In this document: one piece after another, positions 13,229 through 27,071 of the stretch | Numbering within the stretch: the first letter of the stretch is position 1 | How the letters are laid out: each line of letters begins with the position of its first letter | Origin: Mobula hypostoma | Taxonomy: Eukaryota | DNA: 64,000 nt | Direction: 5' to 3' | Assembly: GCF_963921235.1 (NCBI RefSeq) | Contig: NC_086097.1 | Coordinates: 157,420,001 to 157,484,000, forward strand | The notes under the pieces: model-generated | What the model was told of the DNA's origin: nothing | Seen by the model: only the letters and a program-made list of their open reading frames with translations | Databases searched by the model: none | Position numbers and translations under genes: made by a program

Positions 13229-14611
13229 GTTCGTGTTTCACTCATCGCATGGATGGAGTATGAGAGAGTGACGATCAAATCACTGGATTAGCATCCCAGC
13301 TATCTGGAACAGTCATCCAGAGATACAAGATCAAATCACAATGGAATCTGAATTTCAATTTAATAAGTAGAATTTAGAACAAAAAGCAGCATCAACAATA
13401 GTATATTATAAATTGTGTTTATGTGGCTCTAGAACCATAGTTATGTGGTTGATTCTTTGTCCTTTGAAATGGTAGGCAACGGAATTGGTGGGCCTTACCA
13501 ATGACATCCATATCTCATGAGAGAATTAACAAATTACGAAGGGAAGGCAAATTCACTGCGTCAGTGTAATCTTCTCTTCAAAAAGAACATTGGAATTAAG
13601 GATACTATTTGGCATGAATGTGAGAAAGGTACTGAGCTATCTAACACCCATCTTATGTCATAGATATGCAAAATTAGGGAATCTTTTTGGGAAGAAATCA
13701 TCTGATACATATAGTTATTCATCAATCTATAGACATTCAATTTGCAAATTTTCACTTGTAGCACTGGCTCCTTAGAGTCTATTCCTTCAGCTTACAATGC
13801 CATGTTTTGTTTTAATGAATTGTGTCTAACTCGACAGCACAGGAATACTCACAAAGCATTTCACCCACTCTTCTTGACTTACACAATGTCACTTAATGAA
13901 ATATTTTTCATTAACTTTCTCTCACATAAACAATGAATGATTGATTTTGTATACAACCTTAAATCTTCTATGTTGTAATCATTTCCTGGACAGCATCCAA
14001 GGCCAACCATTAATATTTTACAGGGCATTAAAAGAGTAATTGCAATGCAAGTCAAATTCTCACTGAAAATCAGTAAATTCCAATGTCACAATATTTACTT
14101 ACACAATTAACCCAGTTAGATAAACGCTTCATATAATGTATTACAGCATTGTGAACTAGTGCAAAGTGGATGCCAATGATATTCCATTTATATGACATGA
14201 TTATTGAAGATATATTGCAGCTGACAGAAACCAATAATCAAATACGTGAATTTGCCTCTTATTCTTATCATCATTATCTTTAAACTTCCAATACAGTTGA
14301 CACCGCACTAAGTTTAAAGCAGAGTAATAGATTGTTTGGTGCAAGAAGATAAGAAGATATTGTCAGGTTGACATTTCCTCTGCTCTTCTGTTTCCCCAAG
14401 TTGAGTTTCATCATACCCAGCATTTTGGGAGAAATATCCAAACTTCAAGCAACAACTGAAGTAAGATCAATTGCAAGATTGACAAAACTGGCCCAATTTT
14501 CTGTTCCATTTTGTTGTTCTATTGTGCCTTTTGATGTTTTAGCTTGTTTGCACTGTATTTCAGAAAAAAAATTATTTTTGGTCTCCATCCCAATCTATTC
14601 ATGGCATAAAT

Positions 14612-14704
14612 CCAAATGAAGGGTCTCAACCTGAAACAATAATTGTCTATTTCCCTCCAGAGATACTACCTGACTACCAAGTTCTTCCAGCATTTTGTGT
14701 GTTA
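14612..14704 (+). mobile_element. Degenerate copy of the same Penelope-like repeat
   Basis: atgaagggtctcaacctgaaac..ttccagcattttgtgtgtt is colinear with 44923-45022. Confidence 0.6.
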
Positions 14705-15064
14705 CAATGATTACTAGGCCTAGGTTTGCTACAATCAGCAGGAGATGCAAACCACAGTAATTGTTACTTTGCACATAACATACAGTTTCAGCAACAGATA
14801 CCTTTTGCAAATTACTAATATAATGTTAAATTCTGCATGTAAATATACACAAATAGGAAGAAACAAGACTCCAAGATGCATCAGTCTATTGCATTTACCA
14901 AATCACCTACACTTTACACCCAACATTAGTCAGATCATCTTCTAAGACAACAATCAAAATTCCTCACCAAACCTGCCAGAGTATGTTATACGTCTAACCA
15001 TCAATTATTCAAAGGATGCAGGTAATCATTCAAAGTATCTTATTTTAAGCAAAGCAATCTATAC

Positions 15065-15160
15065 CATTAATTGTGCATGTCCATTCTGAAACGAACCCCC
15101 AGAGTCTCCATTTCCCTCTTCTTGACGATCTACAACTCTACATTTCACTGCATCTTGCAC
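15065..15160 (-). CDS. ADGRB1: ADGRB1 coding exon, helix 8/proximal tail ([32 protein letters not shown]), 96 nt
   Basis: Acceptor cccttcacag|GTG, donor ATG|gtatag; phase 0-0. Matches the human BAI1 sequence as recalled. Confidence 0.96.
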
Positions 15161-18100
15161 CTGTGAAGGGAAATGAAAACTTCTGGTTACATTAAGTATT
15201 AATGAAAGAAGAAAGAAAAGCAAAATCAAATAGGAAAACTTTAAAGTTTATTCATTACTTTCTTAGCAAAGATTCCTGGTGAAGAAAGAAGAAAGGTTGT
15301 TCCTCAACATAGCTAGACTGAAATAGTTCACAATTTCAAGACTTCAAGCCTCACCAACAATACCCACTTCTTCAATGCTGCTGAACATTTTCATTTGAAG
15401 GATTCCATGAGTCCCAAGCCACGCTGGCTATCTAACAAAATGGCCTCCTTTCTGCTAATTTCCATTTAAATAACAAGCACTACCTGGAGTTATTGCGACC
15501 AGCAATGTGAATTATTTTCCATATTCAGATTTTAGTTCAGTGTGATTCAATCACTTTGCCATCTGAACTAGGAGTAGGAAGAAAATGTGACATCTTGCTG
15601 TGAGTGTTAGAAATAGATTATGTAACCAAAATTAAGTTTTAATATAACATCCCAAGACCCACTGTAAAGGAACTGCAATGTGATAAGGAAGCCTACAAGT
15701 AAGACAAGTTTTTTGTGACCTTGCATATGAAGAATAAAGTCTGGAATTCACTCTCCAAAATGTTATGGATTTTGGTTGAACTGAAATTTTCAAAGCTGAG
15801 ATGGAAAGACTGCTGTAAGTTCAGGGAATGAAGGGCTTTACATGAAAGAAAGGTAGACACAATTGAGCAACAACTAACCCATTTTCTAACTGAGTAGTGA
15901 AATAGTTTTTCTGAGCTAAATGGCCTACTCAAATTGCTATAGTCCTTACTTGAACTTCTCACTGCAATGCTTTCAGCTTAGCAATACAAAACCTTTCCTA
16001 CATTTCCACTCAATTGCAGTTGAATTCAGGATAGAAGTGAAAGTGGCAGAATACCAACATATCTTCTCTAAATGCCAAATTCGACACTTCTAAATCCACT
16101 GAGATGTAGCTGAGAACTTCAAAATGTAAGGCAGCACACCATTAGAAATCATTCCACTGTCGATGGTATTAATGACATTACAAGTGACGTGTTTCTCAAG
16201 TTCCATTCAATTGACTTGCGTAAAATTGAATTTCAGAAACGCATACAATATATACGTAAGCGCTGCTCGGCAGCAGCCCTTCTCTCCTTTCATCTTCTGA
16301 TATGTTCCTGAAATCTTATTTGAAATAACGCGTAGAGATAACTTGACATTCATTTTAAATGGGAAACAATGAAAACCATCAAATGAATGCACTTAAGTAA
16401 TGCCTGTTTATGGCAATGAATACAGGTTTCGCTAATTCTTCCTATCAAGGGATGGTGAGTTTAAAGGGAGTGCACGTCTCTGCGAGGATCTCTAAAAGGA
16501 AGAGTATTTACACAATTCCATCTCTCAATATGTCTCACTGTGTCATGCACATAGTTATTTGGTGAATGTCACGAGCAGGTAAACACAGCAGACTGTGCAT
16601 GGTAACCGTATGGCAAAACAGGAACAGGAGTAGGCTATACAGGCTGTCAAAACTCCACTTCCACCAATCTCCATTTTCCTTGATTACCTTAGTCTCCAAG
16701 AATCTAAGTGTTTGTCTTGAATGTATTTAGTGGCTCAGCACCCATAGTCCCCCTCTAAATAAAGTCATTTATTTTATTCTCAACCCACATCCTTCAGATT
16801 CAGAGGTGAACATGTTGCAAACTGAGACAATTTCTTCTCATTTCATTCCAATATGGCAGAATCCTGAGACTATCATCAGTGTTTCCGGAATTGCTAACCA
16901 GAGTAAAGTCCCAGTTAGTGAAAGAGATGTTGGTAATGTTAGCTGAGGAAAGAAGATTGCCCAGAAAATGCAAACTACATTTTCAAATATTATATCATGA
17001 ATGCCTCTCAAAGAACTGCATCCTTACTACATAGATCTATTTCCACCTTAAATATTTCCACATTATGTCTTAATTATCTCCTTAGACAGTCTATTGCCCA
17101 CAGCCTCCTTTATCTACTGAGAAAGAAAATAGGTCAGTATTTTACTGAAGCAAAATGGGTCACAGCTCCTCTGAAGGAGCAACATTCCCATCAAGTATGA
17201 CCGAAGATGCAGCAAGAGTGTATTTTGAAGGAAATGGATGCTTTCTTCAAACCAAATTGTTCTGATTCAGAGGCAAACATGCTGAATCTGAGCCAAACTG
17301 TGAAGATATTGGTTCGTGCACAGACAGCTTTTGAGAATAGTTGTCTGTTAAATAGTATATGCAAGTTCATTGAACATTTTTGCAAAGATGGAAACAAAAA
17401 TGTTGACAAACATTGTATGGAATTTCACCAATTCTCTCCCACACCAGCGCACTCATCTCCCACCAGCTCAGGAAGAGGTTGATATACTATCTTTCAATAA
17501 CTATGTAACTGTCACATATTTTGTAAAAGTAATAAAATAAAAATTGGGAAGTGTTAGAAATTTTAAAAAAATCAAAATGCTCAACACATCAAACAAGGAA
17601 CTGAAAAGTTAACATTTAACATGTCAAGGGCTGTGAAAATAAGTGGTCCTTAAATGCTACATGGTGTGATTTCCTGCAGTGCTTTTTGCTTCACTTGGAC
17701 AACTTGGCTGATGTATAGAAGAGCCATTCTTTGTCAATGGACTAAACTTTAAGCATTGGTTGTCAATAGACAGATTATTCATCCATAGGGAAGATAGCAA
17801 GGACAACATTCACATGCATAAAGGTCAGCAGGAACTAATGGATCAAATCAGGAAAAGGAAGCAAAGCTGACATTGTTTTTTTTTATTTCTCCATGGTTCT
17901 GAGGCCAATAGTTCCACATAATTTAAGCTAACTCAATGTAATTATCAAGAGAATTTATTAATTTCAGTAAGTTTAAAAATGATTTTTTTGCGACATTCAA
18001 GTTATAGACTGATTATTTGATAAACTTGGATTTAAATGATCGTGAAATCAGACTTCAAAAATTGATTTCACTGTATAGTGCTGCTATGAGTCACTTTCAA

Positions 18101-20197
18101 ATGCACACATTATTTCCATTATGCCAACATTTTGATAGACAAGAGTTCAAAATTGGGGAGAATAGCATATAACTCATCACTTAGAACTGAAACAGAATGG
18201 TTTCAAAATGTCTGGTTTGCTTATTTCAATTCAAATTCATGTGAGTTGTCAGAAACATTTCAATCAATGTGAAAAAATGGCATCAATTTATCCCAAAGTA
18301 ATGCTTGAGAGCATTCCATCTCAACCTTCACGTATATGCTACTCCACTAAGATACTGTTCTGTGTAATCGACTTTACAGACTACACAATGCTAACAAAGG
18401 AAGATAGATATATGTTACTTCCCAACAGATACCAAATCAAAGAGGAAGACACTTGAAAAGGCCAGTTGAAGCTTGATGTAGATTTAAGGTAGATTTTAAG
18501 AAAGAAATGGAGGTTGAACCATGGAAGATTTGAGAAGAGTGCATTCCAAAATATGATGCTTGAACTAAAGAAAAAACTTCAGATTGGTCAATGAATAAGA
18601 GTCCACACTTTCTCTTCCATTGCTCATCACTCTGTTCTTCTCCTCTAAGTTCAAATGTCCACCATAAAGTTATATTCCATCATTGTAAGATACATCCATC
18701 ACCTCAAATCATGTGAGTCTGTAAGTTTGCATCAGTCTGTAAGTTTTTCCTCTTTATCCAGTTTGTATGCAAGGCCACAGGGACAAGGATTCAGAGTACA
18801 ATTTCGGACAAAATTATAGATTTGGAGAATGCTGGCTGTGGCTGAATGGGATAAGTAGGTTGAAAACACACTGTAAGAAGAATTTGTAAGGAGAACTGAA
18901 ACTACTGGGTATAGTCTTCCCAGTCTTAAGTCCAAAACAACTTGAGCACATCATATGCCTTTCCTTCAAGAGAATACACAATGTACTAACTTTCTACATA
19001 TCAAAGATATCAACTGTGTTCAAAATAAAACAATAGTTACTATTAGTTTTCAAGTAATCTGTTTATTCATAGAAATAAGCAAATTCGTATTGTTCTTACT
19101 ATTATGTAATATTCAGAATAGGAAAGGTACAGAGCATCAATCTATAAATGCTATGTGACGGAAAGAAACATGCATCAAAATCCACATAGGACTCTTAGTA
19201 TCCAAAAGGTTCCAGAAAATATTTTTACTTCAAATCTTTATAAATTTCCTTCCTTACATGAATACCATTTTTCCTTACTTCAATTTTGCTACCAGCAATT
19301 GGATTCACTGGCATTCAAATTGTTATTCAAATGACACTGGATCAACATGTAATCAAACCCTTTAAAATAATTTGTTTTAATATCCTGCTTTTAATTTCAA
19401 ACAAGTAAGGAGCATAATTTATGCAACATATTTTCCCCCTGTAAAGGATTTATGTATTGGAAATACTACAGCTTAATTTTCGCAATATACCTATAAATAC
19501 AAAACTAAAATCATCATTAATCAATAATATCAATAGTTTGTCCACTATTAGACCCAAACATTATTCATACCATCATACTACCAGCTATTATGTTCAGTCT
19601 GAGATCTAGTTTGTACTAAGAAACACTAATAAGGAAGTGCAATCATTTAACAAGTCTCACAATAAAACAGTTGGTTTTCTAACTTTCACAAATGTACATT
19701 GACACCAGCTCACCTTCCCAGTTACAAGAGCACTTACACTAAATTTATAGCTGTCACATCACATTTATTGATGCATGATACCAATATGTTGTACATAGAA
19801 AACGTACATGCCATTTAGCCCACAGATAAAATTTATAAAATTGATGTTCCACACAATTCTCCTACTTCATTCCAGATTATTAGTATAGCCCTCCTTACTT
19901 TACACTCTCAGGTACTTATTTAGTTCTCCTTAAATGTGTCTATGCTCGTCTTTCCAACTAATGCATGTGGTTGGCAGGTCTAAATTCTTACTACTAAAAA
20001 AGTAAACCAAGTTGTTCCTCAAATACTGATTGCATATATTAGTGATTGTCTTATAATGTTGGCCCAAATTTATATATATATCATTCTGATGTACTCAGAG
20101 GAGGTATTAATTAACAGACTGCCAACACCCTGAATTAATATGATTTTTTGAAACATACTCAATTTAGACACACACATAAATAAATGTAACCAGGTAA

Positions 20198-20228
<31 letters not shown>

Positions 20229-21239
20229 TCCATATAGAAATATTATAAAAATGCTGCCCTTCCACAGGCATTAACTAAGCTATTGTAATATCACATTATT
20301 ACAGTAATATTAAATTAATGCAAGTGAAATAAAAAAGATTTTAAAAATACAAGTATTTCACACAATTCACTTCACCAGTATTTTCCCATTCACTGCTACT
20401 TTCTCATCTCCATTTGCTGTCATCTATAGTTTATTTTTAATACTTTAAATTTAACATAACACAAAAGCATCTTGAATAATTTCCTCCTTTCTAGCTTCAA
20501 ATATTGTTTCACATCTTCAGTTATCAGTACTTATCAAGAAGTGGAACTGATAAATTTAAAAAGTCCCCAGAAATTCATTCTTAGATGGTAGCACCAAACA
20601 AGCTTCATAATCATGGTATCGCTACATCTATATTCTACACGTTCAATGGAAAGAATTTTGGAGGAAGAGTATGAATTACTAATGCTACTATATAGTATGT
20701 TTAAGCTCTCATCAATGGGAGGGAATTTCTAGAAAGTGCTTTAGAATAATACAGACTGTCAAAGCCACGTGGCAGATTTGAACAAGCATGACTTAAAGTT
20801 ATTCAACCGAGTATTCCCACAAGAACAATATTATCAGTACCCCACACACTGGAACAAAATAACCTTTCTGTGCTGAATAGCTTTTTATTTGGAATCAAGT
20901 AACCAACTTCCCTCAAATTATTCAGTTTAAATGTTATAAACCTCCTGATTATTAGAAGCATAACATCAAAATCCAAGATTGCCATCAGAAACAGTGGCAG
21001 GATTTTTTTATCTGTTTCTATATTTCTGAAACACATAAAAGATATCACAACCAGAATTGAAAAGGAAATACATGCAAACTGAACACAGTTTTGACATTAA
21101 TCGTTTTTCCCCATTTCTATTTGCTTCCCAAATACATATATGTAAACAGATCTCTGCAACATTTCCCTCATGTAAGCTTCAATCCTCTAATCTATTATCC
21201 CCGACCCCTTAATTTCACATGTATTTCCATGTGACATAC

Positions 21240-21411
21240 CTCTCTTCTCAAAATGCAGTGGACCATTACAATGACAAAGCCTTCCAAAGAGTCAAAGACT
21301 GCAAAGAGGATTTGAAATAGAGCTGATCTTCGATCTGTGATGGCTAAGACAGCAGACATCCAGGTCAGAGCTAAGAGTGGGAGAACAACACAAGAGCTCC
21401 ACAAAGATGCC
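21240..21411 (-). CDS. ADGRB1: ADGRB1 coding exon, TM6-TM7 ([57 protein letters not shown]), 172 nt
   Basis: Acceptor tctttgcag|G GCA, donor GAG|gtatgt. DRRSALF and DSLEGF are BAI1-type residues. Overlaps ORF 21195..21404. Confidence 0.97.
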
Positions 21412-22978
21412 CTGCAAAGAGAGAAAGCAAAATGTCAGGTAGAAAATGTGAACTGAGCTCTAAATATTAGATCAACTTTATTCACAAAGGGTGTGGTTTC
21501 ATAATAAAATTCAAATAAAGGGGAAATGCTAAAAAATTACTACAATTTAAATAAAAATCCCCAATGTTGTGAATTATTACCAACGATCATGCAAATTCCA
21601 ATGTGTAAAAAGAATGAAAAAGCAATCCTTGGTTGTTTGCTGAAAGGTTTACATTTATTCCATTGACATTAACAATAAACAGTTCAGCTTGGTCAAGATA
21701 CTTAATTTACACATTAACTTGCTCTATGAGAAAGGCTGTTCCTCACTTGCAATATTACACATTTAAAATGCCTTTTAATTGCTTTGTTAAACTAATTGGT
21801 CCAATGCCACCTAGAGTTTCATAAAACTGTGTAATTATTTTGCACACAATACACTTGAAAACATTTTGAGAAGAAAATAACAATCTGTCATTACCAGCAG
21901 TGAGATGCATATAATGAAAGGACGTGGGAGAAGATGTGATCTATCAAATCTACATCCTGCAACTTTAACAAACTCAGCTGCAATCTTATTATACCTCCTG
22001 AAAAAATAGTAACTGATTATTTTCTTTACACCTTCCTCAATCTTAAAAAGTATGATTCTCATTCTGTTTCACTGCAGAAAAGTTGAATTTTGCTATCTTA
22101 ACTGCAAGTTCAAAATAAATGAACAAAAGACAGGCTTTAAGTAGTTTAAACATGTACAATTCAAATGCAAATAAATAAAACTGCAACTTTTGATTTAAGA
22201 AATCACATGTTTTGACTGGCACATCCAAACATACAATTAATAAGAATTTAGATGATTGGCAACAAAGTAGCTGATTTGTAGTGCTCAACCTCGATGAATC
22301 TGGTGGAGAGATTTTATGAACCCAGCTAGCCTCAGGTTGGTTGGGCTGCCATCAAGGCAAGTCTGTTTTAGTTTGAATACTTAAAATGTCTGCCTAAAAT
22401 GTAAACTTAACATTTAAAAACACATAGTTCCCACTGACACGATGCATGGGGAGAGGCAGAGTTGTGGGAAACAGGTTTGTGATCAACCATTCTGGGATAT
22501 GGAACACAATATTAAAAATGCTTTGGAAACTTTTGCTTACACGTCCTGCCATATCACAAGAAATCTCTGATAAAGCAATTCATCAAAATGATTTTCATTT
22601 ATATGATGTACAGTCTTTTATAACTTGTAGATGGCCACTAACGGCCATGGAAATATTGTTCAAGTGTGGCATTGAAAACACGCAGCCAAAATACATAAAG
22701 CAAACCTTCATAAAGAGAAATGTGATAATAAAGTTAATCTGATTTACGTAAGGTCACTGAAACATGCACGCCCCTATAATTATTTCTTCTGTTCTGTATT
22801 TTATTTCCAAATAAATGGAGATTTTTTTTTCAGTTCAATATCACATATGAAAGACAGCACCAGGAAATGCTGCACTCTGTAAATACTGTACTGAGCAGAA
22901 CAGCCTGAATAAATTTCCAGAGTGAGACTTCAATCTGCAATCTTTTATCTTTGAGGTGAGGGTTCCATGGCTTTACCT

Positions 22979-23190
22979 GCAACACACTCAAAATGCTTGA
23001 GTAACTTAGCAATTCAGGCAGCATCCACAATGGAGAATAAATTGTGAATGTTTCAGGCAAAGACCCTTCATCAGGTCCAGAAACGTCGACTGTTTATTCC
23101 CCTCCACAGATACTTCCTGTCTTGCTGAGTTCCTTCAGCATTTTGTCTTGTTGCTCAAAATTTCCAGCACCTGCAGAATTCTCTTATGTT
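22979..23190. mobile_element. Penelope-like terminal-repeat derivative in inverted (fold-back) arrangement
   Basis: Left arm gcaacacactcaaaatgcttgagtaacttagc.. is an imperfect reverse complement of right arm ..gctgagttccttcagcattttgtcttgttgc. Carries CTGATGA/GAAAC hammerhead motifs. Confidence 0.65.
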
Positions 23191-26100
23191 CATCACTTCA
23201 CCTGAACATTTTTAAAGTTTCTTGCTATCTCAGGGAATCTATCAAAATCTTGGGACAGATGGTTGCAAGTTCAAACCTTTAGCAAATAAAGCCGGCCAAT
23301 GTGTTGGTTTACCATTGCAATGCAACGTTGGAGGTGTCTGTTCTTGGATGATGTGTTAATTCAGGGTCTTGTTACCTTCTTTACATGGATATGAAAAAAA
23401 GGCATCAAGTGAAGGTGGTTATGTTTAACTCTCTGTCAAAATTACTATACAAATCATCACAGTTTGTGACATCCTGTTCATGATAGTTAGTGCACATTTC
23501 CTTTTTTACTTCTCCCTGTAAGAGTGAATGCACTTCAAATGGTTCTCCACAGTCTACAAAACACTTTGAAAAATGTGGGGAAAAGGTATTTATTTAATTT
23601 TGATTAGTAAGGGTGTTTCTTGAATACTAATGGTGTCAAAGGGTGTGGGGAAAGGCAGGAGAATGGGGTTGAGTGAGAAAATAAATCAAGAGTGGCAGAA
23701 CAAACTTGATGGGCCAAATGACCTAATTCTGCTCCTATGTTTTATGGAAACCCTGCAAATACGGATTTTCTTTCTTCTCGAAGAATACAAATAATAACTA
23801 ATTAAGGATTGTACCATAAATATTTTTCCTGCAAGAAAAATCACCTTATAACAAGCAATCACACAAGAAAGTCATCAATCTCTTCAGCATATTCACAATG
23901 TTACTAAAATGCATTTTTGTCCTTCAATGCCATCAACAAACATTGTGGTTAAAAATAGGAGAAAGAAAGTGCATGCATTCAACAAATTAAGATGGTTAAT
24001 AATCTCAAACAACAAAATGGTTCTGATTTGGGTCATGGGAAGCATCTCAGCATGTGTGCTTCTATTCAGGCTAGTCCTTACACCTTCTGGTTTTGTAATT
24101 ATTAACTTCTTGAAAATGCAAACTTAAAATAGCTCAGGGCATCAAGTATCAGAGGTCTGAATGAACAAGAAATCAGGAGGGTGAGAAGCAGGCTAAGAAA
24201 TAAATCGAAATACACTGAGTCTTTCAAATGCGAGGTATAGAAAGAGGAAGCCAGAAAAGACTTCAAAAAGAAAAACAGCATCAAGGAAAATATGTATCTA
24301 TTTAAAATTTCCAATAAAAGACATGAAAACAAATTGCTCATATATTTAAATGTTAACTACCTATATAAGAAAAGTTAATTGGTAATCATTAATAACAATT
24401 ACATGGATAAAAGGGTACTTGTGCAGTTAATTACTAAACTGATCTGTTGTTGGCAAGTGTAACAGACAATTAACTCAGCAACATTATGAATATTACAGGA
24501 AAGTGGAGGGTGATGTGCTATTTTCAGAATTTGCAAGCTACAGAAAAATTCACAATCCCTGAGATAGATTCTCCTCCTCACAATTTAATAACCAACTTGT
24601 ACATCTGTGACTGTGTGCAATTTTTTCCCCAGCCCCAATTGCACATTTCTGAAGATTGCTAAGGGATGTAAAAATCAAATGCCCAGGATTGGCAAGATGC
24701 CTGTCAAACTTCATGTATCTAGGATTTTTATTCTTAAAGCTTGTCAAAGTCGGCGAGGATGCAGGATCAAAAGCACTCGATTCCATTTTCGCAGCAGGTT
24801 GAGACCTCCATGCTACAAGAACACCTGTCCTTTTCTCTTGGCAGCTAATTGAGTCTCATTGCCAGGCCTGGGAGAGGTAGTTTCTGGCTATTCTTCAGAG
24901 GATTTCATCTTGCAATTTTTGCTCTCACATTCATTTACCTCTGGGCCAAAAGCCTTATCTAGAGGGAGAAGTTTAAACACCAAATAAAGAAAAACCTCAG
25001 GAAAATCCTGAGATTAGACCCTAGTAGAATGAAGTCACAGGTAGAACATTATCAGTACATTTGTACTTTCAGTATTATTGCTCTTTGTTTAAAAAAAATC
25101 TCAGTATGATACTAGTAATGAAATGTTATATAGCACTTCTGAATGAATAAACTGGAAATGCTTAAACTTGGCAATGTACAAGCTTGGATAAGACCACTAG
25201 AGTCTATCTAACAGGGCCCTAATGATTGTTAAATTATGCTGGTTGTTGTACTTACTTTCAAAGGAATTTTACCCAAGTCCATCTGATGTCTTTTTTGTAC
25301 TCTTGCTGAATCCAACATTTGCTGTACACTGAAATCAAATGTTTATTCATGATGCTCTCACTGTCATATTTGAATTTAGCCAACTGTGATTTGCAAGAGC
25401 TGTCTGTAATGAGTAATGGACATTCTTTGGTTGTACATTCAAGATGATGGTGTGATGAAATGAGACACCTTTGTGGTCAAACAATAAATTGTTCTGCTTC
25501 CTACTCTTAAAGACATTATTGAGCAGCCAGAGATCACCATTCTGTTCAATTTTTTCACCACAACAATGGCTCATTTCCAAGGATGACTAGCACCATATCA
25601 CATCTTAAAGGGCTGGGTAGAGAGATGCACTGTAGCTGAAATAGGTTTAGGCAGGTGACGTGGAGCTCGTAACTGAGCTGGGCATACCCTGACGAATGGC
25701 ATTATAACTTCACAGATTTACAGCATTAGCCAGAAGGTGGAAAACATTAAAGATTAATTTGCTGGGGCCAGGACATGAAAACACTTCAACAGAAAGCAGT
25801 GGGAGGAAACAGGTGTGAAGGGCCCAAGCCTGAGGACTCATTGGATGCATCACTATGGGCTCAACCACTTGAAGATTGAACCCGTCTTCCCAACCAACAC
25901 CACCTCAATGCATTACACCCTGACAAAATGCTCACTAATAATCACCATGAATTAATATATATCACTCGCCTCTGTGTGCTCCGTAACATCTGCTGTCTCA
26001 ACACTGCTGTTAAATCTCAGAACTATATTTTACAGTTTGCATATATCAAATATGCAGCTATGCCTGTTATGTTGCCTTTGCCCCACAGTGCCTGACAGCT

Positions 26101-26382
26101 TTCGCTCTTTTGCTGCCTAAGATGGTGCATAACTGGAGGCATCAGTGCTACGTGAGAGGAACATACAGTAATGACCATCACTGGAGCAGGCAGTGTATAG
26201 CTTGTTACTGGAAGATGATGGTAACCAGATGACAAGTTGGTATCCTCATTTTCATCTTTTTCACACCCTCTACACCTCTCATCCCACAGTAATCTCTTTT
26301 ATAAGCAGAAAACAACACAGGCATGGAACTCTCTCCTTCCATCACCCACTCAAAATAATCTCACACTGTCCTCCACACCTTT

Positions 26383-26528
26383 ATAGGCATCCGTTAGTCT
26401 CATGAGACCGTGGATTTGTGCCTTCGGAGGTTTCCAGGGCGCAGGCCTGGACAAAGTTGTATGGAAGACCAGCAGTTGCCCATGCTGCAAGTCTCCCCTC
26501 TCCACGCCACCAATGTTGTCCAAGGGAA
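26383..26528 (-). mobile_element. 5'-truncated copy of the same RTE-derived family
   Basis: taggcatccgttagtctcatgagac..ttgcccatgc..gtccaagggaa is colinear with 45763-45911. Confidence 0.65.
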
Positions 26529-26680
26529 CATCACACTGTAGAGAGTCATAATTTATAACCTGGATAGATGGTAGTAGAAGAGTGAATCTGAAGACACGTA
26601 GAACATGTCAACAACTCTACTTCAATAGTTCATACAGGTGGCACATCTTTAGCTACAGAAACTTACAATTTAGCTTAAAG

Positions 26681-26761
26681 CAGGGGTTCCCAACCTGGGG
26701 TCCACAGAATCCCTTGCCTAATGGTATTGGTCCACAGTATAAAGAAGTTTGGGTACCCCTG
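26681..26761. mobile_element. 80-bp hAT MITE, same family
   Basis: CAGGGGTTCCCAACCT...AGTTTGGGTACCCCTG; flanks GCTTAAAG / ACTTAGAG (6/8). Confidence 0.8.
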
Positions 26762-26869
26762 ACTTAGAGGATAGTTCTGATACAATGTGAGTCATTGGGT
26801 ACACCTGGCTTGCAGGAGAAAGAGGACAACGTTGGTAGGAACTTACCACTGGGTGAGGCTATGTACCGC

Positions 26870-27071
26870 AGAGCACATTGACCTTGCACCTTATTGTTTA
26901 CTGCACTGCACTTCCTCTGTAGCTGTTGCACTTGATTCTGCATTCTGCTCCTATTATACCTTGTTCTCCTTCAATGGACTGTGTAATGATTTAATCTGTA
27001 TGAACAGTGTGCAAGGCAAACTTTTTACTGTATTTCAGTACATACGACAATAACAAACCAATTCCAATTCC
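26870..27071 (+). mobile_element. LINE 3'-UTR remnant, possibly Rex1/Babar type
   Basis: T-rich UTR ending gacaataacaaaccaattccaattcc. A similar style of end (gataagcctgatcctggctctgattct) occurs near 39390-39415. Family call from recall only. Confidence 0.4.
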
